64,000 nt of DNA from the human T2T-CHM13v2.0 reference genome, Homo sapiens. The position numbers were made by a program, and so were the translations under genes. The stretch lies in assembly GCF_009914755.1 (NCBI RefSeq), contig NC_060937.1, one strand, 5' to 3'. Of the stretch, positions 44,258-57,319 are shown piece after piece; position 1 is the stretch's first letter; each line of letters starts with the position of its first letter. Below the pieces are notes generated by a model. The model worked only from the letters and a program-made list of their open reading frames with translations. It made no database searches and was not told the DNA's origin.

Positions 44258-44260
<3 letters not shown>

Positions 44261-46520
44261 GTACACACTCATTCTCCACTGTGTCCAAGACAGCTTTCAG
44301 GATCACCAATAAACACCCTAGTGAGGAGTCCTGGGCTGGACATGAGACCCACACTCTAGATAGATCAGCATTTACTTTATGTTCTCCTTTGATGCATGCA
44401 CATATGCCTTAGTAAACTATTAAGTCATTCCATGGTATTTCTCTATATATTCTCAGACAGTTCCTTTCTTACATTTCTAGAACCTTGTGCTTTAAAATGT
44501 TAGAATGTGCTATAGATCTTAGAATGTCTTAGAGATCTTGGAAGGCCTATATATCTTGTTAAAAGATACTTGAATTGGGTGGCCACTTTCCTGATTCCCT
44601 GAGGACAAACCCAGTTCACAGCACCCATCACAGAATTAACTGACGTGAACACAGCCCCTCATATTTTCCACTTCTACTGAGAACCATGAAGTTGAACCCA
44701 AGTGGGTGCCTGGTGTATCATTTAGGGCCAGTTTCATGAAAGTAAAAAACATATGCCAAGAAAGGGGCTGTGCTGTTCCTGGTTGAAGGAGTAGGATAAG
44801 CAAGGGACCTAGTGCTGCAGTCAGGGTAGGCCTTTTGTCTCTTTGTCGGCCTCTGGTTATCTGGTGACTTCCAATGATGTGCTTGCAGGGGAAGGGTGAG
44901 CAGGGACTGTTTATGGAAGGTGGCACAGCCCAGGGAGTCTCACACATTTGCATAGATGTACCCCAAGCAGAGGGAACTGTCCACAGTAAATGCTGTGTGA
45001 ATGCTGTCACTTGGAAAGGAGGGACTTCAAACCAAGTAGCTGCCGTAGGACCATGTTCACGTTCAAAGATGGTTTTAGAACCAGCTGAAAATTTTGCTTT
45101 TGGCACCCTCAGTGAGAGCACGTTTAAATAATCTCTCATTAGTTGAAGCCTGAAACCATCAGGAAAAAAGCAGATTTTTGATAAAAATCCAATAATTAAA
45201 CCTTGACACAGGCTCAGAAATTCCCAGGCCCAAGCCCTCTGTGTTTTATAACATTATTTCACGATGTGAAAGATACCATCTGAATAAATGCCTTCTGCTT
45301 CTACACTTTAACTTTTTGTCACTGATAAGTTCATTCAAAAAGCACAACAACTCTCTAAAGGTTGACTCTAATAATAAATGGATCTCTTTTCTCTTATCTC
45401 TTCTCCCCGTGTAATTGTGTGCTTCATTCTCGAGCTGTCTTCAACATGAATAACTCTACTTACTTCAGCAAAGGTCCCCAAACATCACTCCAGGAGGCTG
45501 GAGAAAGGTCATAAGTACCCTTCATTCCCAGACACTAATTTTTCTTTTCTTTCATATTAAAGAAAAAAAAAATCCCAGCTCGGGATTGTTCAGCCTCCAG
45601 ATAAGAAGAAAAAAAATGACTATTCATTACACATATCTAAATTTGGACTATAAATTTAATAATTGTAATGTTGTTTTTATTTTTAAGCTTTTTCTTGTCT
45701 GGGTCTAAATCCTAGGAGTGAGTTTGATATTTCAAATCCCTCAATTTCTAAAATCTCTACTGTCTTATTCCAAATCAAGTGTTCAAGTTAATTATATCCC
45801 CTAGCTCCCATTAAACAGGAGAAATTCTTCAGAGAGAGTGTTATTTGAATAAAACTTCTTGGAATTGTTTAGTTGGAAGTATTGTCCTGGGCCCCGTGAG
45901 AAGAGGCACACGCATGTTAGGAAATGTGGCTGTCCAGAGCTTATGTAATTATTCAGTAATCTGTATACCACATTACCAAAATGCCATATCTGCCTCAAAG
46001 GCTAACATGTGAAAGTTTAATCAGCACAGAAAATGGACTTTAAAAATTTCAACATAGATTCTGAGCAAGGTGAAGGGGACTGTGAAGACGGTGAATTCTA
46101 GATTCCTTCAACACTCCCATATGGGAAATCGAGTGGGATGGAGAAGACCTCATTTCAAAAGGAACGTTGTACATTTACTCACTGTTAAATATAAGGGCAG
46201 TTACTTCTATTCAAACTCAACAAAAGTTAAGTGTTTCTTGCCTTTAATCAATGAAATATATAAAAATAGAGATTTAGAGTTGCAGAACTTCAAGTGACAG
46301 AGACCACGGGGCATTGAGTTCAGAAGCCACTTCTGGGCCAGACGTCCCATCCCAGTGTCCCTGGGTGTGACCCCTGCTCTTCTGTGTAAATCCCTCCAGG
46401 AAAGATGACCTGACTCCACACTTGGACCCAGCCTGGCCCAGTGTGGGCATCACCTCTGGCCAGGAGAAGACTTAAGTGGTATAAACGGGGTGAGGGGCTC
46501 ATCATAGAAGCTGTGGGGCA

Positions 46521-46554
46521 GGCCATGTGCAGTGGCTCACACCTGTAATCCCAG
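46521..46554 (+). mobile_element. 34-bp Alu 5'-end fragment
   Basis: GGCCATGTGCAGTGGCTCACACCTGTAATCCCAG corresponds to Alu positions 1-34. Confidence 0.85.
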
Positions 46555-46985
46555 ATTACAGGCTCATGAGGGCTGGTTACGTTTTCACTGATCCTGTTTA
46601 GACTTTGAGGAGAAAGGCATGCTTCACCAAGCACTACCTTGTGAGCAGCTGGGGGGAAGCCCTGACAAGTCTCACTTCCTTCCAGCAACAACTCTCCCAC
46701 ATTGTTCTCGCCATTGTCTACGCTTCCCCGTTGTTAGTCATTCTGTGAGTCAAGAGCTGGCCTCGGCCAGCTGCAGGCACGCTTGGCTGCCCCGCTGCAT
46801 GAGGGGCCAATGTCACTCCCTCCCGGGCTCTACGAGGCCAGGTCTGCAGCCAGCAAGCCACAAGGGACCTCCCGAGCCACCTGTTATTGTGACCATGCGT
46901 GGCCCAGTTTGTTTTGATTAGAGCGTTCCAAAGAGGAAATAAAGCCTATATTTATATTTTTATTTTAAAAAGGCAGGGCCACTTG

Positions 46986-47248
46986 GGAGGCCAAGGCTGG
47001 TGGATCACCTGAGGTCAGGAGTTTGAGACCAGCCTGGCCATCATGGTGAAACCCCATCTCTACTAAAAATAAAATAAAAAATTAGCCGGGCATGGTGGTG
47101 GGTGCCTGTAATCCCAGCTACTGGGGAGGCTTAAGCAGGAGAATCACTTGAACCCAGAAACTGAGGTTGCAGTGAGCCAAGATCACGCCACTGCACTCCA
47201 GCCTGGGTGACAGAACAAAACTCCGTCTCAGAAAAAAAAAAAAAGAAA

Positions 47249-47316
<68 letters not shown>
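46986..47316 (+). mobile_element. 5'-truncated Alu (AluS-like) with long (GAAA)n tail
   Basis: TSD AAAAAGG(C/T)AGGGCCACTTG at 46967-46985 and 47317-47335; tetranucleotide tail at about 47245-47316. Confidence 0.96.
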
Positions 47317-47941
47317 AAAAAGGTAGGGCCACTTGCCCAGTGCCCTCTTGAATATTTGGAATTCACAGACCTCTTCCTCAAACCCATGGAGATTTGCATG
47401 AAGAGCACTTTGCCCATAGTAATGTGATCTCCCAGTTAAGGGAGGCAAAATATTGAGTTGGTTGGCAGCTTTTCCCAAGTTCCTCCATCAGCTGGGAGGG
47501 AATGATCTAAGAGGAACAGTGGGTAATTCAAATACCTTAGGGTATTCTACATAATGGAAGAGAAGAGAAAAACCAAACAAACTTTTGTGAGCACATGTAA
47601 CACAGACATTCCAGGGCATTCATGAGTGGTGACGTTATGGGTTGAAGTGTGTCCCCGCCAAAAACATATGCTGGATGGAGTACTATCTCCCAGTACCTCA
47701 GAATGTGGTCTTATTTGGAGATAAGATCTTTACAGAGGAAATCATTAGGGTAGGACCTAGTCCAACATGACCAGTGTCCTTATAAAAAAGGGAAATTTGG
47801 AAACACAGGGAGAACATCCTGTGAAGATGAGGGCAGAGATCTACAAGCCAAGAAATGCCAAAAATTGCAGCAAATCCCCAGGAGCTGGGAAAGAGGCATG
47901 GAACCGATTCTTCCTCACAGCCCTTAGAAGAAACCAACCCT

Positions 47942-48266
47942 GGCAGGGTGTGGTGGCTCATGCCTGTAATCCTAGCACTTTGGGAGGCTGAGGTGGGTGA
48001 AGCACTTGAGGTCAGGAGTTCAAGAGCAGCCTGGCCCACATGGTGGAACCCCGTCTCTACTAAAAATACAAAAATTAGTCAGGTGTGGTGGTGCATACCT
48101 GTAATCCCAGCTACTTGGGAGGCTGAGGCAGGAGAATCAGTTGAACCCAGGAGAAAGAGGTTGCAGGGAGCCAAAATCATGCCACTGCCCTCCAGCCTGG
48201 GCAACTGAGTGACAGAGTGACTTGATGAAGTGAGACTCCGTCAAGAAAGAGAAAGAAGAAGAAGAC

Positions 48267-48316
<50 letters not shown>

Positions 48317-48537
48317 GAGAAAGAGAGAAAGAAAAAGAGAGAGAAAGAAAGAAAAGAAAGAGAGAAAGAAAGAAAGGAAGAAAGAAAGGAAAGAAAGAAA
48401 GAAAGAGAAAGAAAGAAAGAAAGAAAAAGAAAGAAAGAAAAAGGGAGAAAGAAGGGAGGGAGGGAGGGAAGAAGTAAGGGAGCGAGGGAGGGAAGAAGTA
48501 AGGAAGGAAGGAAGGAAAGAAGAAAGGAAGGAAGGAA
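47942..48537 (+). mobile_element. Alu (AluS-like) with expanded GA-rich tail, nested in MLT1
   Basis: Full dimer at 47942-48243, then a polypurine tail; AACCCTG on both flanks. Confidence 0.96.
48243..48537. repeat. Complex (GAAA)/(GGAA)/(GGGA) polypurine tract
   Basis: About 295 nt with four pyrimidines. Confidence 0.97.
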
Positions 48538-48596
48538 CCCTGCCGACACCTTCATCCTGGACTTCCAGCCTCCAGAACTGTGGAACAATCAATTTC

Positions 48597-49287
48597 CAGA
48601 GGGATACATTCCAAGAACTCCAGTGGATACCTAAAACTGCAGCTAGTACCACACCCTATAGATACTATGTTTTTCCTGTACATACATATCTATAAAGTTT
48701 AGTTTATTAATTACATGCAGTAAGAGATTAACAACAATATCAATAAAATAGAACAATATACTGTAATAAAAGTTATCGTGCACTGTGGCTGTAATTTTTG
48801 CAGTTCAAGGGGAGACACGAAAACTAGCTTGAATTTATAGAAGATTGGTTCTTACCATAGATCTTAGCAACCTCAGCATACTATTTGTTTCTTTCCTTAT
48901 TAAGTCAAGAACTTTCACCTTTTCACTTAAAGGAATCACCTTACGGCTTCCCTTTGGCAGATCAGGGCCATTATTAAGTAAAATAAGGGTGACTTGAACA
49001 CAAGCACTGTGATACTGCCAGGCTATCTGATAACAGAGCCAGCCTCTAAGCGTCTCACAGGCAGGTAGTGCCTACAGCTTGGATTCACAAGACAAAGGGA
49101 GGATTCGGTCCCAGGCTGGATGGGGTGAGACAGCAAGATATTTATTTCATCATGCTACTGAGAGTAGCACATGATTTAAAACTTATTGTTTATTTCTGGA
49201 ATTTCCCTATTAATATTTTCAGACCACAGTTGACCATGGGTAGCTGAAACTGAAGAAAGCAAAGCCATGGATAAGGGGGGTCGACTG
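48597..49287 (+). mobile_element. MER44-like (TcMar-Tigger) element with left TIR missing
   Basis: GGGATACATTCCAAGA...CAGTGGATACCT...CAGTAAGAGATTAACAACAATA...GGATAAGGGGGG.CGACTG|TA. Confidence 0.88.
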
Positions 49288-49429
49288 TACTTTGTTACTG
49301 CAGCCCTAGCAAATGAATAGAGGTGATGTCAGTACATTCAGTCCACATAGATTCCTGGAACAGTCTGCCTCGTTATTTGAGGTTTCTCCCAATCCATGCA
49401 GGGCTGGTTCCTTCTTTCCAACCAAACCT

Positions 49430-49680
49430 TAGTTCCTCCATGCCCCTTCACACCCTTCCTGACCACCCAAGCTAAACAACAGCCTCTCCACCTCCTTCAC
49501 TCTATTCCACTGCCTGATTTATTTTCTTGATGGCATGTCTCACTCTCTCATCTAGTTGTTTGTAGATTTAACATCTTTCTCTGCACCCCTACAATGTAAG
49601 CTCCATGGGAGCAAGGTTCTTGTGTGTCTTGATCATAGCTATGAATTGCAGCAGAAGCTGAATACACATTTGTTGGATAG
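49430..49680 (+). mobile_element. L2 3' fragment
   Basis: CTTCCTGACCACCC...AATGTAAGCTCCATGGGAGCAAGG...ATTTGTTG. Confidence 0.75.
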
Positions 49681-50449
49681 GAGCACAAAGTAAAGAAATT
49701 TAAAAATTAGAAATGGGACATCTCGTTATTCATTTCTTAATTGTTTATTCCATATACACTTATTAAGAATATGTGAGTGTCTGGAACTCTATAAGATTCT
49801 GAAGGAATTCAAAATAATCTGAAGTCCTAGCCATTGATAAGCACAGAAAACTACCAAAATTGTCCCATGCAATTATAACTAGAAAAGTGTGGTTACATCC
49901 TGTAGCGTCTGAAATCAATTTCAGCATCACCACCACCTCACACCTAACCTCTTCCTTCTTTTGCCTTTCTGTGTGCAGCCTCCTGAGAAGGAGGACAATG
50001 CAGCCAAAATGTGACTAGATCCTCCCTGAGGAATAAACTCCCTAACTGTCCCTTCCTCCCCAGTGCCCAAGGCCCAAACTCATGAACCCCAAGAGAGCCT
50101 CAGGAAAGCCTCAGCAGTTTTAGCTCCCCATGCCATCTTCCTACCACATGAATCTCTCTCCTCCCACCTCCAGATGAGACAAGGCTCTCAGGGGCAGATT
50201 GATTTGGGAGCAGATTGAATATTTGTGAGGATGCCTCCTGCTGTTTCTACCTAGATTAGCTTCTGAACAGTGGCTAAAGTGATGCCTCTTGCCATTTACA
50301 GCCTGGACTAAATGGAACTGCTGCCCACCTTATCCCTATCTTCACAGGGCCTGCCTAGGCACAGGTACCCCTACAGAGTTGCCTCAGGTTGGAGCTGGGG
50401 AAGAGGTGTTGCCTGTGTCCCCTTCACTCAGATCCTTGATCTTGTGCTA

Positions 50450-50670
50450 AGAAAGTGCTTTGGCCTTAGGATCAGGGGACTCTTTGTGAATCCGGCCACT
50501 GCTCATCCACTCACCAGCTGTGTGAACTCACAAACTTTCCAAAACACTCTGAATCTATTTCCTTCATTGGGCAATAAAGATCCCTACCTCACACCATTGC
50601 CATAAGGAGGAAGATATGAGATAGCACCTATTAGATGCCTCTTCTATAGTAGGTAATATCTGTTGAATAT
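50450..50670 (+). mobile_element. MIR
   Basis: GAATCCGGC...CACTCACCAGCTGTGTGA...TCTATTTCCTTCAT...CCTACCTCAC. Confidence 0.7.
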
Positions 50671-53600
50671 GAACCTTTCAGTTGTATATATGGAATAGAC
50701 ATCCTTTGTAGTTATAGGCAAGACTCATCTTACATAAAGCTTATGGCAGTGAGAAGGCTTTACCAATTTTAATTTGAATGGGTCACAGATTATTTAGGAA
50801 CAAGTTGGACATGGGGGACAAAAGACAAATGACCCAGGCCTGGAGTGGAAGGGGTGGTGAGGAGCAAGGAATGAATATGGAAGCTAGGGGGAACCATGCC
50901 GTAAAGAGGTAAAGTTCTAGAATACCACTGGGCCACAGTCTAAAAACAGCAGTGCAGCCCATTGTCTTGGAGTTGAGAAGCTAGAATGGCCTGGATTCAA
51001 CTGCTATACGTGGAAACAAAGGGGACTTTTCCAACAAAAATAAAAAACATAGAGCTGTGACTCAACAGTAGCAGAAATGAGATGAAACTAAGAAAAGTAA
51101 CTTCTAAAGAAGGCTGGCTTTGGACACCATGAATCTACCAGGGATCCCAAATATTCTGTAGGAACTAGTCAGAGAACACAGAGGACTGAAATAGGGGCCA
51201 GAGGAGGGAAGCAGGTGAAAAGTGCTTGCATTGTGAGCAAACACGTTGCGTACCTGGTGACTGCCTTTAAAATACTGCCATGCGGCCCACAGGTCACAAG
51301 TTCATGACCTCTGCCTGCAGACCCACCAATTTCCTATATCTATGTAGTTTGTGACCCCACATTCTTCTCATTGCAATATGCTAATTTCTTGGTGAGATGG
51401 GCTGCTGGGGTGGACGTTGTTGACAATGGGAAATGGACACAGCCAAAGAAGAGATGAGACAACCGATCTAGGCCATCGTCATGGCAAAGGACTCCTATTT
51501 AGGAGTCTGGAGGTTTCATCTTCATAGTGGAAGAGGCCTCACCAGCTTCTGATTTTTAGTTCAGCCAGCTAGACTATTCCTCACCACTAAGGTGTACATT
51601 TTTGTTTTTAAATCCATGAAAATGAGATTACGTATTTACGAAGATTTTCTTATATTTAAAAAATAGTATAACCTAGTTCTAGAAGATGACACAATTGTCT
51701 CTCTGGGGTGCCATCTTTACCTGTTCCACTGAGAAGTAGTCATCACTGGGTGGAGAAGCATGATTGCGAGCTGGTCCCATGAGCTACGCAAGCCTGACTG
51801 ACACCATTGCAAAGCAGAGATTGCCTGTTCTGACATAATCACCACCACATCTCTGGCCCAACTTGCCCACCTGCAAGTGGCTCCCATGCAGATCAAGCAA
51901 GAATGATGTCACCAACCAGTCTTAGAAAGCATGTAAAGTAAATGGCATATATCTATGGGCCCCAAAACTGGAACATCCAGGAAACAATCAAGTGTCTCTT
52001 CTGGGTGTCTTGGTGGTCCCTGTGGTCTTACCCAAGATGATGAGCAGATACCTGGGGTGTAAGAAATCAGGTCCCATCTTCGATTGGACTTTTCATTTGT
52101 TGAATGGCTGTGGACAGGTCTCTTCACACCTATACTTGTTTCTCATTTGCAAACAGGAGAATGATCTCTTCCAACCTCATTCTTGAATGACCTGGAAGGT
52201 TGATTAGCACATCCTAATTCACTCCAGACTATGGAAATGATGCAGCCCTCCATCATCATCACGGACATCGCACACCCATGGGATTCATAAGTTACATCGA
52301 AATAATTAAATCCTTCCCAGTGGCCTTCTTGAAAATAGTTGTGATATGGAAATAAAATTAACCTCATAGATAAGCACCAAACTACCATATTGAAAGAGGT
52401 TTTTATTTGGGGGTCAATTTTCTCTCTAGGTTTCCATCATATTGCTCATCACAAGCAAAAATAATGAACACAAAACCATCTTAATACCCACAGAGCTGGA
52501 ATACACCACATCATCACTATTGAAGGCAGATTATAGATAAAAGGAGATAGTTGAAAACATCATTTACATTGCCTTGGATTTGTTTATTACTGAGTAAATG
52601 AAAGGAATTTTACAATAATAGAAACATAAACAATAAAACCGTTAAGTCAAGAATAAAATAGCAATTGCTAAATAATAAAATGGAAGAAACAATACACCAA
52701 AAAGTCTTGACCAAAGATTGGTATTTTAACAGAGTACAAGGTATAGCTCTATACATCCATACTTGCTGTTCTTTTATAAATTTTTTAAAGTTGCTCTTTC
52801 TCAGAATTATAAGAATGATATTCAAGTCTAAAATGCCTAGCTTTAACCTGCTAGATAAAATTGGATGTTCAAGGAAAGAAGGATAGGGGTAGATGTAACC
52901 ACAGATTCTGAATTTAGTGTAAATTCTTACCTTACTTTTATCTCCCTCCCTCTATTCCTGACCAAAAAAATTTTTAAGAAAATGTAAAGGAGACTATCTT
53001 ACAATAATAACCCTATTGTCTCACATGCTTGCATTTTCTTAGTCCTAAATTCTTCTGTGACCTTCCAGAGGAAAGACCTTGATGGCTTGGTTGTCCTCAT
53101 TTGACACATTAGCCACTGCTTTCACATACAGAAAACTGGAGTCAGGTGAAATAAGCATTTATGGAATCACTTTCAAAATACACAACCCTGTGTTTTCAGA
53201 AAGCAGTCTGTGCCACAGGCCCATCAATTTCTGTAATCACATCTCCCACTGGCTAGACACCAGTCAGAACATATTCAAAGAATTCAAAGGCTTCTCAGTA
53301 AAAGACAAACCAGCTTGAATTTGGTTCCAGTATTCAGATGGGGAGCCAGCAGCACTTGGCAGTCCAGGAGCTCAGTAAGTGTCCCCAGGGACAGTTGCAA
53401 GGGACTGATCTCTCTATGGTTCCCCCAGCCACAGGAGGAATCAAGAAGTTTTATTTCCTCCCATGTATATCCTGAGGCTTGAAGGTCCTGTCGTTCAGGA
53501 CACAGTTTGAAGGAGGAAGTTGAGTGCTGTTCCCTGTGGTATGACCCCTGCACTGAAGACTGACCAGCAGAAGTTCTAGCCTGGTGCTGGGTTCCATAAC

Positions 53601-54299
53601 AAATCTGCTGAAGTTCCGTCTTTGCGTAACGGAGGCTACCGTCTGTTCCTGAGCACAGGCTGGAGAGAAGGGTCTTCGCCTCTTCAGCCAGGCTTAGCGC
53701 TGGCAAAGAAAATGAGCTTCTTTATACCATGACCCTGAGTAGTAGAGACAAAGCCATTTCCTCCAGTCCCATAAGAAGTGGCACAAGAGGCAGCTCCAAG
53801 AAAATGGGCATTTTAAAAGCATGTGTGTTTGTGTGTTTCAGTTGCTTGAGAAATAACTTCCAGGTCCTTCTCAGGCATGCTACAAAGCTAATGCCATGGG
53901 TGATTCAGCCTGAGGACGGCAGTGCTGTTGCCCTTCCATAAGCTCCTAGAGCCATGACAATGTCCTCCCCCAGAGGTGCTGCAGTGAAGCCCACATTTGG
54001 AAGGCAAGACACACTCCTATGTCACACAAGCTTTCAGTCATGACACAGCCTACCTCACAGCTGAAGTGCCTCCAACCCTGTATTCACTGGAGTCGTTCAG
54101 GTGTGTGTTCTGTGAAACTGATCAGCCTGTTTAATTTGGAACTTGCCTATGATTGCCCCATCAGCCTATGTTATTCTGGGCTTCCAACTGTACATTTCAG
54201 ATCCAGTTTTCACATGCCTGAGAAACTGTGTTATGAGACAACTAAGATATTTAAGAACTTTTATAAGCATTTTCACTGAACTCGCAAGTTTGCTTAGAG

Positions 54300-54465
54300 C
54301 AGTGGTTGTCAAGGTAGGATCCCTTGGCCTAGGTGTGCCAGCATTGCCTGGAACCTTGCTAGAAATATACATTCTCAGGCCCCACCCTAGAAACCCAGGG
54401 GGAGGAGCAGCAATCTGTGTTTTAACAAGGCCTTCCATTGATGATTCAAGTGTTTGGAACCACTG
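54300..54465. mobile_element. MER5A-like hAT-Charlie MITE
   Basis: CAGTGGTTGTCAA...CTTGCTAGAAAT...ATTCTCAGGCCCCACCC...AATCTGTGTTTTAACAAG...GAACCACTG. Confidence 0.88.
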
Positions 54466-54587
54466 GCTTCACCACGGTGGGGGAAGGCAAATAGATACAC
54501 ATATGAAATCTCTCAGTATCATCTGAATGTAGAATAATTTTTCCCACTAAGCAAAAGCCAAGCTTCTTGTGTTAAAGTAGGAAATGA

Positions 54588-55163
<576 letters not shown>

Positions 55164-55659
55164 TAGTAAGAAAGTTGGTGAAAAATGACAACCACATAAT
55201 CTGTGTCACAAAGACAGATAAAATACTTTCCAGTTTATCTGGTCACCTCTCACTGAAAACAGGGATGCTGCTTGACACACACAAAGATTTTCTTGGTAAC
55301 AATATCGAATACCATGACTGGCAGCTCCCTCTGAGAAAAATGGTAGGTGAAATAGAAAGCTAACCTATCTAATGTTTGTTTCCCTTCTTTTTCTCATTAA
55401 ATAAAAAAGCCAATATTACAAATACTAACTCTGTCTTTCAGAGACTAGAGAATGTTAACTCTATTTCAGAAACCTGAAGATAAGGTCTTCCCTTAGAAAT
55501 CTGCCAATGGTTTTATGGTTTTCATCAAGGAACCAGTGGCCTGGTTGAAAACTTAGCAACTTGAGAGACCTTAAGTCTCTCAAAGGATATAAAATCCCAT
55601 TTTGTCAGAAATACCAGACTTTTTCAACAAAGATGTTCAGTTTTTTAAAATATGAATAA

Positions 55660-56190
55660 CATTTGAGTTCTTATCTCACGTCTGATTTCTTAATTATTCA
55701 GTTTAATTAGTTGCTATTTAATAATGCTAAAACTAATCAATAAAAAGAAAGGGGAAACTGTAATGTTGCTGTCTCCACCATTATTTAAATATAAAAGAAC
55801 TGTCTTTCAATGAAGTTCATAGGATTAGTTTCCAATTCTTATTTTTCTTGAAAATCCATTTTTTGGTGGAATAATGTTGTTATGTAGTTTGCTAAATACT
55901 TGCTTTTTTATTAAATTTAGGAATGGTTCTTAAATGTTTTATATTGAAATACTTATCATTTTTTTCCTATGCCCTTGAGGTGATGTGTTATATAAATTGA
56001 TTTATTAATATTTAATTATCTGTACATTCACAAATAAGGCATATTTGGTCATTTATTATTTTGCTGCATTGTTACACTAGAGTTATTATTTAGCATAGAT
56101 TTTTAATATCCTATTATAAGTGAAATTGAGCTGCAGTTTCTAATTTTGCATTCTTTTTGTTAGGTTGGAGATTAACATTCCAAATACTAT
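55660..56190 (-). mobile_element. Old L1M ORF2 fragment (antisense)
   Basis: Highly diverged, T-rich antisense RT-region pattern (...TAAATTGATTT...TTTGGTCAT...GATTTTT...AAGTGAAATTG...). Confidence 0.55.
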
Positions 56191-56448
56191 TTCTTAGATC
56201 AACGATGAAAATTTTAATTAACAGTAAAGTGTTATGGGTGTCCCTATCATTATCAACAGACAAATAAGTAAGGAGCAAATAAAGACACCAGTTCTAATGG
56301 CCAGATTTAGTATTCATATTATATGTATTCATATATGTCTGTGTATTCTAGCCAATACAATATCAAACAAACAAAACAGATGCATGTAAGTGGAAAGAGA
56401 TAACATTTCATCCCAATATATAATTGCCTGTGTAAAAACAAAACAGAC

Positions 56449-56735
56449 AGCCAGGCGCAGTGGTGCACACCTGTAACCCCAGCACTTTGGGAGCCTGAGA
56501 CAGGCAGATCATGGGGTCAAGAGATCGAGACCATCCTGGCCAACATGGTGAAACCCCATCTCTACTAAAAATACAAAAATTAGCTGGGTGTGGTGGCAGG
56601 CACCTGTAGTCCCAGCTACTCGGGAGGCTGAGGCAGAAGAATTGCATGAGGTTGCAGTGAGCCGAGAGTGCACCACTGCACTCTAGCCTGGCAACAGAGC
56701 GAGACTCCATCTCAAAACAAAACAAAACAAAAAAA
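56449..56735 (+). mobile_element. Alu (AluSc-like) with a small right-arm deletion
   Basis: AAGAGATCGAGACCATCCTGGCCAACATGG; (CAAAA)n tail. Confidence 0.96.
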
Positions 56736-56973
56736 CAGGTATAAACACACATACATAAACAGAAACTTAAAAAACTAAAACTACAATAGCTTTTATATTT
56801 TTGTGTATTATTATACATATATACATACACACAGAATTGGAAAACACTGAAAAAAATTATATAATTCACAGTAACAACAATACACAAAATACCTAGGTTT
56901 TACTTAAGGGGAACTGTGTAGGACATGTAGAAAAAATATATTTAACAGAAGAATGTAAAGAGAAAGCTAATCA

Positions 56974-57319
<346 letters not shown>

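Larger units (their letters stand above)
47633..49321 (+). mobile_element. MLT1B/C-like LTR in three pieces (47633-47941, about 48536-48596, 49290-49321)
   Basis: GTTATGGGTTGAA.TGTGTCCCC...CAGTACCTCAGAATGTG...AACCAACCCTG | CCGACACCTT...GACTTCCAGCCTCCAGAACTG | TTTGTTACTGCAGCCCTAGCAAATGAATA. Confidence 0.9.

Noticed and set aside
46690-46905. Local CpG enrichment (also around 4500-4975)
   Set aside because: Too short and sparse to call a CpG island or promoter
48137-48652. Long K/E/R-rich and F/L/S-rich ORFs (also at 47118-47478)
   Set aside because: Translations of GAAA-type tracts and Alu sequence, which lack stop codons by composition
52143-52388. Possible minus-strand coding exon (EGHWEGFNYFDVTYESHG...)
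   Set aside because: Weak splice sites and no recognisable protein similarity
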